Source: Myxococcota bacterium
Lineage (GTDB): Bacteria > Myxococcota_A > UBA9160 > SZUA-336
Reading direction: 5' to 3'
Assembly: GCA_965247115.1 (NCBI GenBank)
Contig: CBDFGR010000003.1
Location: forward strand, 128,001-192,000
Length of the DNA: 64,000 nt
Shown here: positions 59,369 to 64,000 of the stretch, in pieces
Numbering within the stretch: position 1 is the first letter of the stretch
Layout of the letters: every line of letters starts with the position of its first letter
Position numbers and translations under genes: made by a program
Notes under the pieces: generated by a model
The model's input: only the letters and a program-made list of their open reading frames with translations
Told to the model about the DNA's origin: nothing
The model's database searches: none

Positions 59369-59983
59369 TCACTCGCCTCCCGCCTGCGTGGTCACATCGA
59401 TGAAGAAGTAGGTGGTCGCGATCCCCGTCACTTCGAGTCGCGGAGTATCGCTTCGATACTCGGAGAGTGACATCGCGAGCTCGGTAATGTTGACGATGCG
59501 AGAGAGCTTCGCGAGGCGATCGAAGAAGATCCCAATGTCGTGATACGCACCGTAGAGCTTCAGTGCGATCGGCACTTCTGCGTAGAAGCCCCGCTGGATC
59601 TCCCCACTGGGACGGAACTGATGGATCTCGAGGCCCGACTTCTTCCCCAGGCTGGTAATGTCCGTCAGGAGCACCGGCAGGTCGCTCGAGTTCGGAAGCT
59701 GCTGCAGCGCGGTGCGGAGCTCGACCTCCAGCTCCTTCTGCTTCTCCTGGAAGCTCGTCAAGTTCGAGGCGACTGTCTTCGCCTCGACGATGTCGCTTTC
59801 GATCTGCGTGAGCTGCGTCTTCAGCTGCCCGAGGTTCTGACGGGTACTGCTGAAGATCGTGAACCAGTAAGCGGCGACCAGGACCGCAGCGACCCCCGCC
59901 AGGATCCCGAAACGAGCGGGTGCGGGCAGCTTGTCGATCTGCTCGAGGATCTTCTTGGCGTCCAGACCTTCGCCTACTGCCAT
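59369..59983 (-). CDS. pilO: Type IV pilus assembly protein PilO
   Basis: TM + coiled coil, QLP, FYAEVPI, GAYHDIG.FF, RIVNI. Confidence 0.93.
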   Translation of the reverse strand: MAVGEGLDAKKILEQIDKLPAPARFGILAGVAAVLVAAYWFTIFSSTRQNLGQLKTQLTQIESDIVEAKTVASNLTSFQEKQKELEVELRTALQQLPNSSDLPVLLTDITSLGKKSGLEIHQFRPSGEIQRGFYAEVPIALKLYGAYHDIGIFFDRLAKLSRIVNITELAMSLSEYRSDTPRLEVTGIATTYFFIDVTTQAGGE

Positions 59984-60001
59984 AACGGTCCCTCGCCCCG
60001 C

Positions 60002-60595
60002 TCAGTGCCCGCGCCGCGCCGTCGACGCAGGTGCAGCCGCTTCTGCCAGGAGCGGCTTCATTTCTGGATAGTTCGCTTGGATCTTGAAGCTGTTGAGCTT
60101 CAGGCCGTCGATCTCCTCGAGCTTCGTCTCCAACAGCTCGACTTTGGAGAGCGACGATTCCTCGAGGCCGGTGAGGAAGGCCGCCACGATCTCGGCATCC
60201 AGACTCAGCCCCTGGAGCGCCAGCCGACCATCCTTCGCGCTCAGCTTGAGCAGCCACAAGCGCTCGGGGATCCTCGAGGCGATCTCGTCCATCAGGCGCA
60301 CGGGACCCGTGCGTGCCTTCTCGAGCTGCGCGATCACATCCAGCTTCTGCTCGATCTCCTTGCGCTCCGCCTCGAACCGCTCGACCTGCTTGCGCGTCTC
60401 CTCGAGCGAGGCCAGCTCCGCGTTCTTCTGCACGATCAGGCGTTTGTGCTGTGCGATCCGCGTGCTGACGGACAGGTGAAGGCCCACACACGCGACGATC
60501 CCGATCCCCGCAGCCACACCGAGCAGGATCCCCTGATTCCGGAGCCCCGCCTGGCGACGCGCTTCTCGGACCGGGAGTAGGTTGATCCGGATCAC
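60002..60595 (-). CDS. pilN: Type IV pilus assembly protein PilN
   Basis: IRINLLP motif, TM, IPERLWL; GTG 60595. Confidence 0.93.
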   Translation of the reverse strand: MIRINLLPVREARRQAGLRNQGILLGVAAGIGIVACVGLHLSVSTRIAQHKRLIVQKNAELASLEETRKQVERFEAERKEIEQKLDVIAQLEKARTGPVRLMDEIASRIPERLWLLKLSAKDGRLALQGLSLDAEIVAAFLTGLEESSLSKVELLETKLEEIDGLKLNSFKIQANYPEMKPLLAEAAAPASTARRGH

Positions 60596-60597
60596 GG

Positions 60598-61656
60598 CTA
60601 GTCCATCCCTCTCATGGCGAGCCCGAGTGCCACGCACAGAGAAGGACCCAGGTCATGGAGCTGCTCCGGATCGAAGCTCCTGGTGCCAATCTCCACCTTC
60701 GAGAACGGGTCCGCGATCTCTACCGGGATCTCGATCTTCTCCTGAAAGAGCCGATCCAATCCGGCCACACGTGCCGCACCACCGCACAGGATCATCTTCT
60801 CCAACGACCCGCTCGGGCTCGTCGCGCGGTAGAAATCAAGCGAGCGCTGGATCTCCCCCAGGAGCGTTTCCGAGACCGCCCGCATCGCTTCTTCGACCTC
60901 TTGCGGTACCACGTCCTTGCTGGTTCCGGTCGTGACACCGCCGACCTTGATTCGCTCGGCCTCTTCGGAGCTGATGCCCAGCGTCTTCTGAATCTCCTCG
61001 GTGTACTGATTCCCGCCCGTGGTGATATCTCTCGTGAAGGCCGGTACGCCTCCGGTCATCACGTTGATGTTGATTACGGAGGCCCCGATGTCGACCAGCG
61101 CCACCGTGCTGTTGGCCGAGGGGCTGTAGCAGCACTCGTACATGTTGCCAACAGCAAACGAGTCGACATCCAGCACCGAGAGAGAGAGGCCTGCATCGGC
61201 GATGACGCTGGTGTAGTCATCGATCAGATCCTTCTTCGCCGCGACGAGGATCACGTCCATCTGTCCCTCGAGGCTGTCTTCCTGGAGGACCTGGTGATCG
61301 ATGTTCACCTCGTTGATGTCGAACGGGATGTATTGCTCCGCTTCCCAGCGAATCGTTTCGTCGAGCTCGTCTTCGCTCTGGATTGGCAGCGAGATCCGCT
61401 TGACGATGACCGAGTGCCCCGACACCGAGGAGGCCACCTCTTTCGAACTCGTGCCCGCCTCGTCGCACGCATCCCGAATGGCACTCGAGATCGCGGGGGC
61501 GTTCATGAAGGACCCCTGTACGATCGCTTCCGACGGCAACGCCGCATAGCCGAGCCCGGTCAGCTTGTACCCACCAGACGATGACTCGAGCTCAACGGCC
61601 TTGACCGAGCTGGATCCGATGTCCAGACCCAGGATGCACTTGTTTCGGAACAGCAT
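60598..61656 (-). CDS. pilM: Type IV pilus assembly actin-like protein PilM
   Basis: GLDIGSSSVK, EAEQYIPF, LVAAKK, LVDIGA, EIQRSLDFY, GLAMR. Confidence 0.96.
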   Translation of the reverse strand: MLFRNKCILGLDIGSSSVKAVELESSSGGYKLTGLGYAALPSEAIVQGSFMNAPAISSAIRDACDEAGTSSKEVASSVSGHSVIVKRISLPIQSEDELDETIRWEAEQYIPFDINEVNIDHQVLQEDSLEGQMDVILVAAKKDLIDDYTSVIADAGLSLSVLDVDSFAVGNMYECCYSPSANSTVALVDIGASVININVMTGGVPAFTRDITTGGNQYTEEIQKTLGISSEEAERIKVGGVTTGTSKDVVPQEVEEAMRAVSETLLGEIQRSLDFYRATSPSGSLEKMILCGGAARVAGLDRLFQEKIEIPVEIADPFSKVEIGTRSFDPEQLHDLGPSLCVALGLAMRGMD

Positions 61657-61666
61657 GTGATCTTCC

Positions 61667-61921
61667 TCAGATCGAACCCAACGGCTCTCCGCCGCCGCCG
61701 TGTGGTACCAGACCGTCGGGCGACTGGTCGCCGAAGACGCGATCCTTGTCGGAGACCTTGAGCCCGAGCGCGTGGAGGATCTTGCGCTTCGTGTCTAGGC
61801 GACAGGCCTTCCCGGCCTCGACACGATCGATGGTCAGGGTCGAGAGCCCGGACTTGCGAGCCAGCTCGGCCTTGCTCATCATGAGCGCTTCACGTATCCG
61901 TCTGACGTTGTTCTCAGACAC
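61667..61921 (-). CDS. Small XRE-family HTH protein upstream of pilM
   Basis: NNVRRIRE..MMSKAELARKSGLSTLTIDRVEAG..CRLDTKRKI. Confidence 0.88.
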   Translation of the reverse strand: MSENNVRRIREALMMSKAELARKSGLSTLTIDRVEAGKACRLDTKRKILHALGLKVSDKDRVFGDQSPDGLVPHGGGGEPLGSI

Positions 61922-61965
61922 TGACCGCCTCCGACACCGCTGTGTTCAAGCCTCTAGTCCGGGGC

Positions 61966-61993
61966 TGATCGGAGATTGATGACAGTGACTTGA
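61966..61993 (-). promoter_or_regulatory. Sigma28-like promoter TCAAG-N15-TCCGATCA for the HTH-pilMNOPQ operon
   Basis: Shared motif and spacing; 44 nt upstream of the HTH start. Confidence 0.55.
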
Positions 61994-62064
61994 GGGCTGC
62001 AGAACCCAAGCTTTGCGTCTACGGCCAGCAGCTCTGATGCAACGCCAAAGCGGCCAGTAACGTC

Positions 62065-62997
62065 TCACTGTGCAGCCGCCGGACTGGTTCCCCAGCTGAG
62101 GTCCAGTGAATACCGTTGCAAGGTCCGCGCGCCATGCGGATCCGAGACCGACAGCTCGATCGGAAAGCTGCCGTCCGCATCGCGAGGCACTTCCCAGGTC
62201 ACGATGCCCGAGCTCGCGTCCACCCGCATGCCCGAAGGGGCCTCGAGCAGCTCGTAGGTCAGGGGCTGATCACCGTCCGGATCTGCCGCGTTTACCGCGT
62301 ACTGATACAGCCCGTCCGTGTTGAGTGTATACGTGGGCTCTGTCGTGATGCTCGGCGCGGAGTTTCCAATGAGCAGCGCGTCGGACCGGACCCAACGCCC
62401 GATGTCCGTCCCATCGAACCCCGCGAGCTCGACCTCGACTCGGTTCCCTCTCTTTGTCGTACGCGGTGGCAGCTCGGCGTCCTGCGCGTCGATGCGTCGA
62501 TCGTCGACGTACCAGCGATAGCGATACTCGATCTCGTCTCCGTCGATGTCGGTCGCACCCACGTTGGCGCGGATTGCGTCGTCGGCGAGCGCGGTCTCTG
62601 GAGAGAGCCCGAGCGAGGTAATCTGAGGAGCCGTGTTCCCGATCAGGACCTCCTCGCTGGTCCGAGAGACCGAGTCGACGCCGTCGCTGACGTGTACGAC
62701 AACATGAATTCGGTCCCCCTTCGCGAAGGAGAACGGCTTCAAGCTCTGAGCCACGCCCTTCTGGTGGAAGCCGCCGTTTCGGTACCACGCCACCTCGAGG
62801 CTGACGTCGTCGCGGTCCGGATCCTGTACGCGGACAGTTACTGAGAGACTGTCCGAAGCGGCCGGGAGCCTGGGTAGTAGCGAGACCATGTCGACCCAGG
62901 GGGGACGGTTCTCGGTGGCGACAGTGGCGTCAGGGCTGTCGCTTCCGCCACAGCAGATACACAGGGCGGCGACCACGGTAGCGCCGGTCCGAGACAT
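62065..62997 (-). CDS. Putative lipoprotein with three Ig/cadherin-like domains
   Basis: LCICCGG signal end; repeated N.(A/P)P and DPD/DID(G)D motifs; final putative Ig domain (AADPDGD..LTYEL..APSGM.VD..SG). Confidence 0.78.
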   Translation of the reverse strand: MSRTGATVVAALCICCGGSDSPDATVATENRPPWVDMVSLLPRLPAASDSLSVTVRVQDPDRDDVSLEVAWYRNGGFHQKGVAQSLKPFSFAKGDRIHVVVHVSDGVDSVSRTSEEVLIGNTAPQITSLGLSPETALADDAIRANVGATDIDGDEIEYRYRWYVDDRRIDAQDAELPPRTTKRGNRVEVELAGFDGTDIGRWVRSDALLIGNSAPSITTEPTYTLNTDGLYQYAVNAADPDGDQPLTYELLEAPSGMRVDASSGIVTWEVPRDADGSFPIELSVSDPHGARTLQRYSLDLSWGTSPAAAQ

Positions 62998-63039
62998 CTC
63001 CACACTCCCTCCGAGCCTGGCAAGACACTGCCTTTGCGC

Positions 63040-64000
63040 TCATCTCGTATCGGAGTGCGCCGGCAGCGGATTGAGGGGAGCGATCTCGTACTCCTTGAGC
63101 TTGTACTGAAGAGCTCGCGGACTGATCTGCAGGATCCTGGCGGCCTGTGTCCGGTTTCCGGCAGTCCGTTGCAGGGCGAGCCGAATGAGCTGCTCCTCTA
63201 GAGCCCGCCCCCGCCGCTTGATCGACAGATCCTCCGTCTCCGGGCCGCCACCCGAAGGGCTCGCCAACGGGCGATCGGCGGTGAACGGAAACAGCTCAGG
63301 CGACAGGCGCTCGCCCGGCGCGAGGATCAATGCACGCTCGAGCGTGTTCTCCAGCTCGCGTGTGTTCCCCGGCCAGCCGTAGGTCCCGAGCAGATCCAGC
63401 ACCTCGTCATCCAGCGGCTCGACGGGCTTTCCCAGGCGGCGTGAGAGATCGCGCAGCAGCTGGTCCGCCAGGATCGCGAGATCTTCTCCCCGCTCGCGCA
63501 GGGGCGGGATGTGGATGCGGAGGATGTTGAGTCGGTAGAACAGATCTGCCCGAAAGCGCCCGGCCTCGACCTCCGCCTCGAGGACACGAGCCGTCGCGGA
63601 GATAATCCGCACGTCGGTTGGCAGCGGCTTCGGCTCTCCGACGGGCCGTACCTCCTCTTCCTGCAGCACACGCAGCAGCTTCACCTGCATCGCAGGCGGT
63701 AGCTCGCCGATCTCGTCCAGGAATAGCGTGCCTCCTTCGGCCTCCCGGAAGACACCGAGAGTCTCGTGCTCCGCACCTGTGAACGCGCCTTGTCGGTGCC
63801 CAAAGAGCTCGCTCTCGATCAACGTCTCGGGAATCGCCGCACAGTTGATTCCGATGAAGGCTTGCGACGAGCGATCCCCCAGGTCGTGAATCGTACGGGC
63901 GACGACCTCCTTTCCGACACCGCTCTCTCCAGTCACGAGGACCGTCGTCTTGTACTCCGACGCGCGCTCGACCAGTGAGTACACCTCGCGCATCGGCGCA
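63040..64000 (-). CDS. Sigma54-dependent (NtrC/PilR-type) transcriptional activator, 5' end outside the window
   Basis: [52 protein letters not shown], Fis-type HTH. Confidence 0.95.
   Translation of the reverse strand, partial: APMREVYSLVERASEYKTTVLVTGESGVGKEVVARTIHDLGDRSSQAFIGINCAAIPETLIESELFGHRQGAFTGAEHETLGVFREAEGGTLFLDEIGELPPAMQVKLLRVLQEEEVRPVGEPKPLPTDVRIISATARVLEAEVEAGRFRADLFYRLNILRIHIPPLRERGEDLAILADQLLRDLSRRLGKPVEPLDDEVLDLLGTYGWPGNTRELENTLERALILAPGERLSPELFPFTADRPLASPSGGGPETEDLSIKRRGRALEEQLIRLALQRTAGNRTQAARILQISPRALQYKLKEYEIAPLNPLPAHSDTR

Overview
High-GC (roughly 65-70%) bacterial chromosomal window. Gene order suggests a Myxococcota/deltaproteobacterial lineage (inference). Most of it is core genome: a truncated Rieske-domain gene, glnE, lapB-lapA-HIT-ihfB-rpsA-tyrA-hisC-pheA, a trp operon with a trpF-trpB fusion behind lptD, dtd, dcd, queG, rnhA, an Elp3-type radical SAM/GNAT enzyme, nadK, an MMPL transporter, tRNA-Gly(CCC), and a type IV pilus/polarity cluster (sigma54 regulator, Ig-like lipoprotein, HTH, pilMNOPQ, aroK, aroB, MglC-like roadblock, aroQ, SgmX-like TPR, ExeA-like ATPase). 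No integrase, transposase or CRISPR array is visible. The most interesting signals are: (1) a dispersed ~95-bp three-hairpin repeat (8 copies) with covarying stems and GNA triloops, also forming a nested inverted-repeat composite and a TIR-bounded unit; (2) strand-specific C-depleted tracts inside genes directly 3' of two repeat copies; (3) six sigma28-like promoters with identical spacing in front of pilus/signalling genes; (4) a putatively secreted vWA + serine-less ACP + DUF900 hydrolase fusion. All calls come from reading motifs by eye; no database search was run.
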